Below, piece by piece: positions 51,771-61,995 of a stretch of DNA of 64,000 bases. Numbering within the stretch: the stretch's first letter is position 1; each line of letters opens with the position of its first letter. The position numbers were made by a program, and so were the translations under genes. The notes under the pieces are model-generated. The model saw only the letters and a program-made list of their open reading frames with translations. It was not told the origin of the DNA and did no database searches. Source of the stretch: Candidatus Cloacimonadota bacterium (GTDB lineage: Bacteria; Cloacimonadota; Cloacimonadia; G963667145). The stretch is from NCBI GenBank assembly GCA_963667255.1, contig OY762940.1, positions 73,421 through 137,420 of the forward strand. The letters run 5' to 3'.

Positions 51771-52447
51771 CCGCGATTTCGGTATTATACTTATCAGTCC
51801 CGATCATCTTCGGTGCATTACCACTTAACCAGTGAGCTATTACGCACTCTTTAAATGATAGCTGCTTCTAAGCTAACATCCTGGCTGTCTTTGCAATAAA
51901 ACATCCTTTCTCACTAAGTATAAATTTAGGGACCTTAATCGTCGGTTAGGGATCTTTCCCTCTCGCCCATGGAGCTTATCCCCCACAGACTGTCTCCCTT
52001 ACATCAAATTACGGTATTCGGAGTTTATTAAGGTTCGGTAGGCTTGTAGGCCCCCTAGCCTAATTAGTGCTCTACCCCCGCAATTCTAATAAGAGGCACT
52101 GCCTAAACAGTTTTCGGAGAGAACCAGATATCGCCCGGTTTGATTGGCCTTTCACCCCTACCAACAGCTCATCCACTGATTTTTCAACATCAGTTGGTTC
52201 GGTCCTCCATTTGGTTTTACCCAAACTTCAACCTGGCCATAGGTAGATCACCGGGTTTCGGGTCTAATCCTGCCAACTAAACGCGCTATTAACACTCGCT
52301 TTCGCTTCGGCTCCATCACTTTATGATTTAACCTTGCTGACAAAATTAACTCGCTAGCTCATTATACAAAAGGCACGCCATCGCCCGACAAGCAGGCTCT
52401 GACTGATTATAAACATACGGTTTCAGATACTATTTCACTCCCCTTCC

Positions 52448-52495
<48 letters not shown>

Positions 52496-52680
52496 AAAAT
52501 GTATTTAGCCTTACCGGATGGTCCCGGCAGATTCAGACAGGGTTTCACGTGCCCCGCCCTACTTGGGATACTGCTACAGCAGATACAGAATTTCGTCTAC
52601 AGGAGTTTCACCTTCTTCGCTCCAGCTTTCCAGCTAAGTTCGACTATCCTCTATCAGTCCGATATCGCAGTCCCGCAACC

Positions 52681-52759
52681 CCAAGCACCTATTTTTAACT
52701 CGTTTCTATTCTCTAATTCTGTTTGCAATTCCTTCTCAGAATTAAAAATAGGTGCTTGG
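52681..52759 (-). mobile_element. Second, miniature 23S IVS (79 bp) with the same 18-bp terminal inverted repeats, in a domain-I variable region (near E. coli position ~280)
   Basis: CCAAGCACCTATTTTTAA...TTAAAAATAGGTGCTTGG flanking a 43-bp core. Inserted after conserved GGCGAGCGAACGGGAAAGAGCC. Confidence 0.75.
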
Positions 52760-53167
52760 TTTAGGCTCTTTCCCGTTCGCTCGCCACTACTTAGGAAATC
52801 ATTATTTATTTTCTTTTCCTGCGGTTACCTTAGATGTTTCAATTCACCGCGTATGCCTCAAGTAAAGTACTTGATAGTCAGGTATAACCCTGACTGGGTT
52901 GCCCCATTCGGAAATTCCCGGGTCAAAGCTTGCTTACAGCTATCCGAGACTTATCGCAGCAAACCACGTCCTTCTTCGCCATTTTTGCGCCAAGGCATTC
53001 ACCGTATGCCCTTTCTACTTAATTTTTCGATTCTCTTTAATAATCTCACCACTTCTATAAAACTTCTTCTTAAAAGAACTATAAAATAAATTACTAGCCC
53101 AAAAATTGAGCCATTAATTTATTCTTTATACTCATCAATCAAATCGCTCATCCATCACAAAAAAAAA

Positions 53168-53243
<76 letters not shown>

Positions 53244-53322
53244 GAGGCAAATTGCAGGCAATTTGCAATTAATAAGTTATAATTAAAAATTGATAATTAC
53301 CACTCCTAACCACCAAAAACAT

Positions 53323-53670
53323 CTAATTACTCTTAGATTTTTTAACTATTGTGGTCAGAAGTTTAATTATCTCTATCAAATCACATTTGAGGCTATCAAT
53401 TTCATCCTCTGTCAAATAAGCATCTGCCAACAAATCCAGCCAGTATTCTGTTTCTCCAGCCTCTTTGAGAGCTATTGACAGTTTTGATATGAAATCTTTT
53501 TTGCTTTGAGCGTTCTGACTTTCTCTGATATTAGCACCTATCGAAGTACCGCTTCTTAAAATCTGTTTCGAAAGCACATACTCATTTTTGACAGCTGTCA
53601 GATGCCGATAAAACCTAACAATTCGCTTTGCAAACTGAAAAGCCTTGTCATAAACAATATTATCTTTCAT
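53323..53670 (-). CDS. Four-helix-bundle protein of the '23S rRNA-intervening-sequence protein' family, encoded in the 16S-23S spacer
   Basis: 115 aa. Family motifs LSKQILRSGTSIGANIRES (family consensus SIxxNIAEG) and LKEAGETEYWLDLL (AxGSxxExxxxL). Sits between tRNA-Ile and tRNA-Ala. Confidence 0.7.
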   Translation of the reverse strand: MKDNIVYDKAFQFAKRIVRFYRHLTAVKNEYVLSKQILRSGTSIGANIRESQNAQSKKDFISKLSIALKEAGETEYWLDLLADAYLTEDEIDSLKCDLIEIIKLLTTIVKKSKSN

Positions 53671-53687
53671 ATCTTCCCAAACCCCAA

Positions 53688-53716
53688 ATTATCATTTATC
53701 CATTGTCAATTATCAA
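53688..53716 (-). promoter_or_regulatory. Candidate sigma70-type promoter for the spacer ORF (TTGATA-17 nt-GATAAT on the minus strand)
   Basis: Minus strand: TTGATAATTGACAATGGATAAATGATAAT, about 18 nt upstream of ATG 53670. It overlaps the repeated 18-mer. Confidence 0.3.
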
Positions 53717-53723
53717 TTATAAA

Positions 53724-53800
<77 letters not shown>

Positions 53801-53856
53801 ATTAGGATTTAAAAAAATTATGTAGAGTAAACCAGAAGCCAATCTTTTGGTTTTTT

Positions 53857-55431
<1,575 letters not shown>

Positions 55432-55787
55432 AATAAATTGTTTGATTTGATTGACTTTATTAGGTTTACTCTACACTTCTATAAATTTTTCAAGTAACTA
55501 AATTCAACGAGAGCGATAATTGATTTTGGCGTTTTCGTGTCAAATATAATTTTCACTATTTTTTAACGCACAAAAAAAACAATGTCTTCAATTTTTGTAT
55601 TCAATATTTTCTCAACTGAAGACCTGCATTTAGACTCAAAAACTTCGCTCAATTGTGAATCTTATTTAAAACTACCTGTTTTGCCGTCAACACAATTTAT
55701 TAGCTTTCTTATTTTTATGTGGCAATGAATGGTGGTAATTGTTTATTGGAAAAGAATAAGCAATTAATGATTTGTTTTCGATACTCG

Positions 55788-55876
55788 TTCCCAAGTTTTA
55801 CTTGGGAATGCATACGAGACAAAGCATACTGTTAATTAATCAAAATATATACGCTCCCAAGCTGGAGCTTGGGAGC
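55788..55876 (-). terminator. Two tandem perfect hairpins downstream of the GIY-YIG operon, insulating it from the rRNA promoter region
   Basis: TTCCCAAGttttaCTTGGGAA (55788-55808) and GCTCCCAAGCtggaGCTTGGGAGC (55853-55876). The latter is followed on the minus strand by UAUAUUUUGAUU. Confidence 0.4.
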
Positions 55877-55885
55877 GAGAAAACA

Positions 55886-56269
55886 TTAATGATTTGTTTT
55901 ATTAAGAATTGGTTTATACTTTTCTATCAAATAAGTTTCCAAAGCCGATGTAAGAGCGTTGTCTTCTTTAGAAAAAGTCAGAACTGCTACTTGGCTATCA
56001 TCTGTCATTTTCTCCAATTTTTCATCGGTGTTAAAGTGACTCCATAATCTATTTCCAGTATCAACATTACTCTTACCAACATAAACTACTTCGCCATCTG
56101 TGGATAGGATATAAACTCCAGGTTTTTTCTCAAATCTTGCCCAATTCGCATCTCTTACACTCGCTTCTGCTCCACCCAAGAGTTCACCTTTCTTAAAAAT
56201 ATTCAACACATAATCAAAATTGTGCTTTTGAGCATAAGACTCTGCGTCCTTCAATGCTTTTCTCAACAT
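55886..56269 (-). CDS. GIY-YIG domain protein
   Basis: 127 aa. GVYILSTDGEVVYVGKSN...RLWSH...E (GIY...YVG...R...E layout). Confidence 0.6.
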   Translation of the reverse strand: MLRKALKDAESYAQKHNFDYVLNIFKKGELLGGAEASVRDANWARFEKKPGVYILSTDGEVVYVGKSNVDTGNRLWSHFNTDEKLEKMTDDSQVAVLTFSKEDNALTSALETYLIEKYKPILNKTNH

Positions 56270-56325
56270 GGAATCTCCTCTTTTATAACAATTTCTTACA
56301 ATTATTCTAAAATCAAACTTAATTT

Positions 56326-56727
56326 TTAAAGATTACCATTTATCATTTCCAAGCCTTCAGCAACCCAATCTCTTCCACGCAAAACCCAACTTTCTATTTC
56401 TTCAAATTTGCTGTTGGAAACTCCCAATAATTTGGCAATATGCAAAGCTCCTTTCTTTTCTTCTTCTGCATATTCTCCATCAACTATTGCTAATCTTATT
56501 ACTTCTTGAATAGCTACTACTTTTGCCTTAGAACTCTCTAACAATTTGCAAGCCTCTTCTACTGATAAAATAATTGTATCAAAATCCAATTTAACACCAT
56601 TCTCTTCTGCATATACCTTTAAAAATTCTTTTTCTTTATCCTTTAATTCATTATCAGCTTTCGCAATATCTACAAGCATTATCAACAACGCTTGCTTTTC
56701 ACTCATTTTTAATTGATCTAAAAACAT
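56326..56727 (-). CDS. TerB-like (tellurite-resistance TerB / DjlA-N family) protein
   Basis: 133 aa. Repeated aDG/aDN-acidic helix motifs (IAKADNELKDKEKEFL and LAIVDGEYAEEEKKGALHIAKLLGVS). Confidence 0.55.
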   Translation of the reverse strand: MFLDQLKMSEKQALLIMLVDIAKADNELKDKEKEFLKVYAEENGVKLDFDTIILSVEEACKLLESSKAKVVAIQEVIRLAIVDGEYAEEEKKGALHIAKLLGVSNSKFEEIESWVLRGRDWVAEGLEMINGNL

Positions 56728-56767
56728 TTTTTTCCTAAAATTTTACATTTTTCTAATCTATATTATT

Positions 56768-57007
56768 CTATTTAAACCATTTAGTCGCTTTGTGTAAACC
56801 ATATGCAGCTGCTCCAACAGCTACTAAAGGTGCACCTCCTACTGCAAAAACCCCTACTCCAACCGCTGTTCCTACAACTTTCTCTACAAAAAATCCAATC
56901 GTACTCGCTTTAGCTTCTTTTTCTTTCTTTCTCGCATACCATTTTATCACAAAAATTGAAATTACTACCATTACCACACAAAATAAACCAAACATTAAAT
57001 ACTTCAT
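56768..57007 (-). CDS. Small membrane protein with glycine-zipper segment
   Basis: 79 aa. TM1 then VGTAVGVGVFAVGGAPLVAVGAAAYG (GxxxG repeats). Confidence 0.4.
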   Translation of the reverse strand: MKYLMFGLFCVVMVVISIFVIKWYARKKEKEAKASTIGFFVEKVVGTAVGVGVFAVGGAPLVAVGAAAYGLHKATKWFK

Positions 57008-57044
57008 TTAATTTCCTTAAAACTAAATTTAAAAGTTGTTTTTA

Positions 57045-57713
57045 TTAATCATTTGAAGTAAGATTAATCTTATCTTCAATAAAAGTTTTCCGAGCAATAT
57101 TCCCAATGGTATTAGTAGAAACACCATCAACTGCTCCACCAACAATGCCACCAATCAGAGGGACAAGTTTGCCTAAATTAACAACACCTTTTGAGCCAGC
57201 TTTTGTAATAAACCTAAACCCAATTTTTTGATTTATAGCGGTCAAAGTTTTCCCTGAAATTTTTCCTATTGCACTATTTACAGTTTTGACCCCAGTAACT
57301 TTTGCAGCTTCCTTAAAAATGTCAACTCCAGGTGTCCCAACAAGACAACAATAAACAAGAGTTTTAACTCGATCATCTTTTAAATCATATCCTCCCATAT
57401 GAGCAATAGCCGCTATCATTCTAATTTGAACATACATTACACTTGCAAGATTTGCAGGAATTGCGACAGGCATAGTAATCATGCCTCCCACTCCTGTCAA
57501 AAATCCACTTGTACTTGTTTTGGCAATTTGATACCTTATCAGTGAATTAACACATTCAATTTTATTTTCATTTTTCTTTATATAATCTTCCGCCATTTCT
57601 ACAGCTGTTTCAAATCCTGGGAGACCATTTAAAGCCTTCTCATATGCAAAATCCAAAGCTTTTGTTATTACCCCTACTTCTTTTTTTGCTTCAATTTCTT
57701 TATTTTCTTCCAT
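57045..57713 (-). CDS. EcsC-family protein (tentative)
   Basis: 222 aa. Layout and composition resemble EcsC-family proteins. The assignment is from memory of the family and not motif-verified. Confidence 0.4.
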   Translation of the reverse strand: MEENKEIEAKKEVGVITKALDFAYEKALNGLPGFETAVEMAEDYIKKNENKIECVNSLIRYQIAKTSTSGFLTGVGGMITMPVAIPANLASVMYVQIRMIAAIAHMGGYDLKDDRVKTLVYCCLVGTPGVDIFKEAAKVTGVKTVNSAIGKISGKTLTAINQKIGFRFITKAGSKGVVNLGKLVPLIGGIVGGAVDGVSTNTIGNIARKTFIEDKINLTSND

Positions 57714-57763
57714 TCTACTAACCTCTCTTATTTAATTTCTTTTACTTCAACTAAAAAAAGGTC

Positions 57764-57800
57764 TCCCGACTATCTCGGAAGACCTTCTTTGAAATCTCTA
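57764..57800. terminator. Hairpin with an A7 run on one side and a T-rich tract on the other (bidirectional terminator-like)
   Basis: AAAAAAAGGTCTCCCGACTATCTCGGAAGACCTTCTTTG. A 10-bp stem with one mismatch. Confidence 0.4.
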
Positions 57801-57834
57801 TGAAACCGTTGACTATCAAGCCACTGACAGCCTC

Positions 57835-57929
57835 GACTGAACTGAACTGAACTGAACTGAACTGAACTGAACTGAACTGAACTGAACTGAACTGAACTGA
57901 ACTGAACTGAACTGAACTGAACTGAACTG
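57835..57929. repeat. Pentanucleotide microsatellite (ACTGA)19
   Basis: Nineteen perfect tandem copies of ACTGA, 95 bp. The ORF-track product '57770..57955' (VQFSSVQFSS...) is merely its translation. Confidence 0.95.
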
Positions 57930-57942
57930 TTTGTTTGCTTTT

Positions 57943-59054
57943 CGGGAGTGTGCAAATAACTGGGTCTGAAATAAGACCTAATTATGTTTGACAGAATAAG
58001 TTATGAACATTTATTAAAATGCCATGAGTATAATCAAAAAAAACGCTGTCCAAATTGTGATAGCTTAAACACAAAAAAGAAGGGATATATTTTCTCTGAA
58101 AGAACAACTAATCGTGGGAAAATTAAAGTCAAAACTCAACGATTTTATTGTAAAGATTGCCAAATAAGTTTTACCAATTTTGGATATAATAAGAGAACTC
58201 ATTTTGCACCAAAATTCAAAGATAAGGTTGTTACTGACTATATTTCAACCAAAAGTTCTCTTTCTGAAGTTGCTAAAAGACATGGGATTTGTAAAAATAG
58301 TATTCTTAATTGGATACCTCAGCGAGCTAATTTATATCAGGATAATGTGTTACACAGCAATATAGATGAGACAACAATTTATATTGATGGCAAGGAAATT
58401 AAGATAAACGGTAAGCGAAAAGTTGTCTTAGTCGCCAGTAGCAAACTACTTGATAAACCAATATATTACAAGATTTATGATAGAGAACATAGTAGTTCAT
58501 CTGAAGACTTTTTGAATAGACTAAAAAAAATGTATGACAACAAAATAATTGGGATTGTGTCAGATTTTGGGCGAGGGAAGTGCTTTGTTAAGCCAGTTAA
58601 CCAACTTTTTGAAGATGTTCCACATCAAATTTGCTTGGTTCATTATTTAAGAAGCGTTAATATCAATGTTCCTAAAACAAAAAAGAGTAAGTTTTTTAGA
58701 CGAAATATTTTCTTTAAGAACTTGATTAAGAGCATTTTAAATGCTGAAACTTTACAAGAAGCTGAAAATAATTTAAGTTCGCTTAATCACTATGAAAAAT
58801 TTTTTCGCCTAAAAATTCATAAGCGTTTTATTAAATCAATTAATCGAAACTTTGGTTTATTAACTGCTCATTTTCATTACGATTTTTTGGATAAAACAAC
58901 AAATAAAATTGAAAATATTAATCGACAATTGAATAGGAAATTAAAAAATTTAGACGGATTTAAATCTGAAAAAAATATGAATCATTTTTTGAAAATTTGG
59001 TTCAATAATTATTCAAAAGGAGTGGAAATTAGACCCAATTAAATGCACGCTCCC
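57943..59054 (+). mobile_element. IS-like element (~1.1 kb) with a single transposase gene, imperfect ~15-bp terminal IRs and a 7-bp direct target duplication TGCTTTT
   Basis: IRL CGGGAGTGTGCAAAT (57943-). IRR rc GGGAGCGTGCATTTA (-59054). TGCTTTT at 57936-57942 and at 59055-59061. Confidence 0.6.
57984..59042 (+). CDS. Transposase with an N-terminal zinc ribbon (IS1595-like or ISL3-like; family uncertain)
   Basis: 352 aa. CPNCDS...YCKDCQ zinc ribbon. Central DDE-like region (IVSDFGRG ... HQICLVHYLRSVN). Very AT-rich codon usage. Confidence 0.65.
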   Translation: MFDRISYEHLLKCHEYNQKKRCPNCDSLNTKKKGYIFSERTTNRGKIKVKTQRFYCKDCQISFTNFGYNKRTHFAPKFKDKVVTDYISTKSSLSEVAKRHGICKNSILNWIPQRANLYQDNVLHSNIDETTIYIDGKEIKINGKRKVVLVASSKLLDKPIYYKIYDREHSSSSEDFLNRLKKMYDNKIIGIVSDFGRGKCFVKPVNQLFEDVPHQICLVHYLRSVNINVPKTKKSKFFRRNIFFKNLIKSILNAETLQEAENNLSSLNHYEKFFRLKIHKRFIKSINRNFGLLTAHFHYDFLDKTTNKIENINRQLNRKLKNLDGFKSEKNMNHFLKIWFNNYSKGVEIRPN

Positions 59055-59667
59055 TGCTTTTCTATTTTCATAGTGCTACAAAAGTAATTTTATAGAATGA
59101 TGTCAAAACAATTTTACTTTTTACAACTCCACCTTGTTAATAGTCACATTTCATTTTGCAGAACGAGCAAAGTGACTACTCAACTTGTCAAAATTAATGT
59201 GAAAGTGACCAGTGCGATAGTCAGTTGATGGTTGATGTTTGAGGTTCTCGTATGCATTCCCCTGACCACATAAATGTAGTCTCAAAGATTAGCGGTATTT
59301 ATGTGGTCAGAGGAACGAGTGGGGCGGTGGTGCAGGAATGAAGACGGTGGTGTGTCTTCTTGCTCTTCTATTCCTCATACTCACGGAAGTGGGTATCCAT
59401 TCTTGACTCGTTTCTTAAAAAAAAGCACCTGCTGTGTCCCCTATCCCCTCTGGATTCCCGCCTACGCGGGAATGAGATGTGAAGATGGGAATGAGAGAGG
59501 TGGTTTGGGTGCAGAGAGAGGTGGGGCAAAAAAACACTGGCGAGTTCCCAACTCGACAGTGCTCCGTATTTATTCATTATTCATTCTTATCTTTTATTTA
59601 CATTTACCCTTCTCCCTGCTCCTCTAATCTCCCAAATTATCCATTATCAATTATCACTTATTAATTG

Positions 59668-60021
59668 CTAAAAGCTCTTCCCCTTAATCCTATTATTCTC
59701 ATCAAGAAGAATCACTTGTGGTTTATGCTCGGCTGCTAACTCCCTCTCAACTTGGCAATAGGAGAGAATAATCACTTTGTCGCCTCTCTGCACCATCCTC
59801 GCGGCAGCACCATTGAGGCAAATCTGACCCTCGCCTCCTTTGATAACATAAGTGGAGAACCTCGCACCATTGTCGATGTCCAAGATGTCCACCTTCTCGT
59901 TGATGAAAAAACCGGCAGCCTCTATCAATTTGGGGTCGATAGAGATAGACCCTTCGTAGTGCAAATCAGCGTCCGTCACTGTCGCTCTATGTAATTTTGC
60001 TCTTAACATTTCCACTAACAT
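59668..60021 (-). CDS. panD: Aspartate 1-decarboxylase
   Basis: 117 aa. MLRAKLHRATVTDADLHYEGSISID (pyruvoyl-forming G-S site). Typical PanD. Confidence 0.9.
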   Translation of the reverse strand: MLVEMLRAKLHRATVTDADLHYEGSISIDPKLIEAAGFFINEKVDILDIDNGARFSTYVIKGGEGQICLNGAAARMVQRGDKVIILSYCQVERELAAEHKPQVILLDENNRIKGKSF

Positions 60022-60788
60022 TTGTTTAACTCCTCCAATTTTATCAAACCTTCCAAAACCAAATCTTTATTAATTTCGTCGAAAACACCAGATTTTTCGT
60101 ATAAACCAGAAATCCCTCCAGTGCCTAAGACGAAGACCTTCTTTCCTCCAAAGCAACTATCGGTTATCTGCCTGCAAATCTCCTTGATAGCTCCAAGATT
60201 GCCGAAATACAGCCCCGACTGAATGCTCTGCACGGTGCTTTTCCCGCAGACTTCCCTCGGCTTAATTATCTCCACCATCGGCAACTTGGCTGTCCGTTGC
60301 ACGAGAGACTCCATACCGATAGCTATGCCGGGGATAATCGCTCCGCCGAGATACTCCTTGCTCTTGGTAACGATGTCAAAAGTCGTAGCTGTGCCCATAT
60401 CCACCACGATAACATCGCGATTGGGATGAAGCTCAGCAGCCGCAATGGCGTTGGCTATCCTATCGGCACCCACTTCGGACTGGTTGATATATTTTATCTG
60501 CAATCCCGTCTTCACCCCCGGCTCCAGTGCCAAGGGCGTGATGCCAAAATAGTGCATACAGCTATTTTTTATAGAATGGTTGAACTCCGGCACAACACTG
60601 CAAAAGTTTATGCTCTTGATATCTTCCGGCTCAAATCCGTTCTCCTTGATGACCGACTTCAAGAAAATCCCCATCTCATCGGAAGATATGCCCTTGTTCA
60701 TGCTCTTGCGAAAGCGAACCACTATCGACTTGCCTTGGTACAATCCCCCGTAGAGCTGGGAGTTGCCAAAATCAAGACACAATTTCAT
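60015..60788 (-). CDS. coaX: Type III pantothenate kinase
   Basis: 257 aa. LCLDFGNS N-terminal ASKHA motif. VVDMGTATTFD. GGIS. Confidence 0.85.
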   Translation of the reverse strand: MKLCLDFGNSQLYGGLYQGKSIVVRFRKSMNKGISSDEMGIFLKSVIKENGFEPEDIKSINFCSVVPEFNHSIKNSCMHYFGITPLALEPGVKTGLQIKYINQSEVGADRIANAIAAAELHPNRDVIVVDMGTATTFDIVTKSKEYLGGAIIPGIAIGMESLVQRTAKLPMVEIIKPREVCGKSTVQSIQSGLYFGNLGAIKEICRQITDSCFGGKKVFVLGTGGISGLYEKSGVFDEINKDLVLEGLIKLEELNKC

Positions 60789-61462
60789 CTATCTAATTCT
60801 CCTTTAATAAGTTCGTCCAATTTGTCCGCCAAATCCACCTTGGAGGAAGTCTGAGCCAACTGCTGTCCACTGCTGGAGTAAATCTCCGCAATATGAAACG
60901 AGGCTGTCACTTCTTGCAAATCGTTATGCACCACAAAGTCGATGCCGCCTGCTTGCAAAATCTTGGCGATTTTGGACTTCACTTCTTCATCAGAAGCAGA
61001 GTTGGTCAGCTTGAAGCCAACAACAAGCGGAGTTTTCCCCTTGAGAGCATAACTCTTCAGCTTCGGCAAAATCTTAAAATTCTTCTTCATATGCAGTTTG
61101 ATGCTCTCTCCCGAATCCATCTTGCCCTCGGAACTCGGGGACAGAAACCTGCCGTCTTCCGTCTCAATCTTTTCCAGTGAAAAGTCGCTGACAGCTGCCA
61201 AATGGATAACCGCATCAAACGGCTCGCTCCCCAATAAATCCCGCAACTGCGAGTCCAAATCCTCAAACGAACAAAACCGCATCGTCCGCAAATCGCCCGC
61301 AGGCAATTTGGCATCAACACCGTGCAGATAAACGACCTCACAGCCAAGAACGGACAATCGCTCGGCAATCTTGCTTCCAGTGCTTCCCGTAGAGAAATTC
61401 GTGATGTAGCGGACACCGTCTATCGGCTCGCGAGTGCCACCCGATGTTATCAGCACTTTCAC
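60785..61462 (-). CDS. coaB: Phosphopantothenate-cysteine ligase (CoaB domain, stand-alone ORF)
   Basis: 225 aa. ITSGGTREPIDGVRYITNFSTGSTG motif of CoaB. Its ATG overlaps the coaC stop (ATGA). Confidence 0.8.
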   Translation of the reverse strand: MKVLITSGGTREPIDGVRYITNFSTGSTGSKIAERLSVLGCEVVYLHGVDAKLPAGDLRTMRFCSFEDLDSQLRDLLGSEPFDAVIHLAAVSDFSLEKIETEDGRFLSPSSEGKMDSGESIKLHMKKNFKILPKLKSYALKGKTPLVVGFKLTNSASDEEVKSKIAKILQAGGIDFVVHNDLQEVTASFHIAEIYSSSGQQLAQTSSKVDLADKLDELIKGELDR

Positions 61463-61995
61463 AGCTTTGCCCTGATGATGCCCAAAATGTCTATCGGCTC
61501 AGGAGCTCGTCCCTTGCCCTCGGTGCCACACGCCAGATGTCCCGACTGTGGAGCGATAATCTCGGCTCCCCATTCTTGCAAAATCTCCATATTCTCCACC
61601 ACCGCAGGATGTGCCAACATATTAGTGTTCATCGCTGGGAACACGAGATAAGGCTTGCGAAAATTGTTTGCCACAAAGCACGCCGTGAGCAAGTCCTCGG
61701 CAAAGCCCATCCGAAGTCGAGCCAATGCGGAAGCCGATGCAGGATAAACCACCACTACTTCTGCCCATTCCACGAGATTGATGTGCAAAATCTTCTCCGA
61801 CTGCGAGAACATATCCGTGTAAACAGGATGACCGCTGAGAGCCTCCAACGCCGCAGGAGCGATGAATTTCAGAGCGTTATCCGTAGCCACCACCTTTACA
61901 TTGCATCCGTCTTTTCGCAAGAGCGAGACCAATTCCACCGATTTGTAAGCGGCGATAGAGCCACTGACACAGACCAAAATATTAGCGTTTGACAT
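61459..61995 (-). CDS. coaC: Phosphopantothenoylcysteine decarboxylase (CoaC flavoprotein domain, stand-alone ORF)
   Basis: 178 aa. ILVCVSGSIAAYK flavoprotein motif. PAMNTNM. Confidence 0.8.
   Translation of the reverse strand: MSNANILVCVSGSIAAYKSVELVSLLRKDGCNVKVVATDNALKFIAPAALEALSGHPVYTDMFSQSEKILHINLVEWAEVVVVYPASASALARLRMGFAEDLLTACFVANNFRKPYLVFPAMNTNMLAHPAVVENMEILQEWGAEIIAPQSGHLACGTEGKGRAPEPIDILGIIRAKL

Noticed and set aside
53677-53722. The minus-strand sequence just downstream of tRNA-Ile was considered as a transcription terminator.
   Set aside because: There is no stem-loop. It fits a -35/-10 promoter better and is part of a repeated motif, so it is reported as a candidate promoter and motif at low confidence.
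55772-56047. 91-aa plus-strand ORF overlapping the GIY-YIG gene and terminator hairpins.
   Set aside because: It is antisense to a well-supported gene and spans palindromic terminators. No motifs were seen.
57770-57955. ORF-track 61-aa 'protein' VQFSSVQFSS...
   Set aside because: It is purely the translation of the (ACTGA)19 microsatellite and not a gene. The repeat unit is 5 bp, so it is not a CRISPR array either.
59301-59627. 108-aa ORF (and the minus-strand 69-aa ORF) in the GC-rich island.
   Set aside because: Cys/Gly/Arg-rich low-complexity translation with no start context or motif. The region is better explained as structured noncoding DNA.
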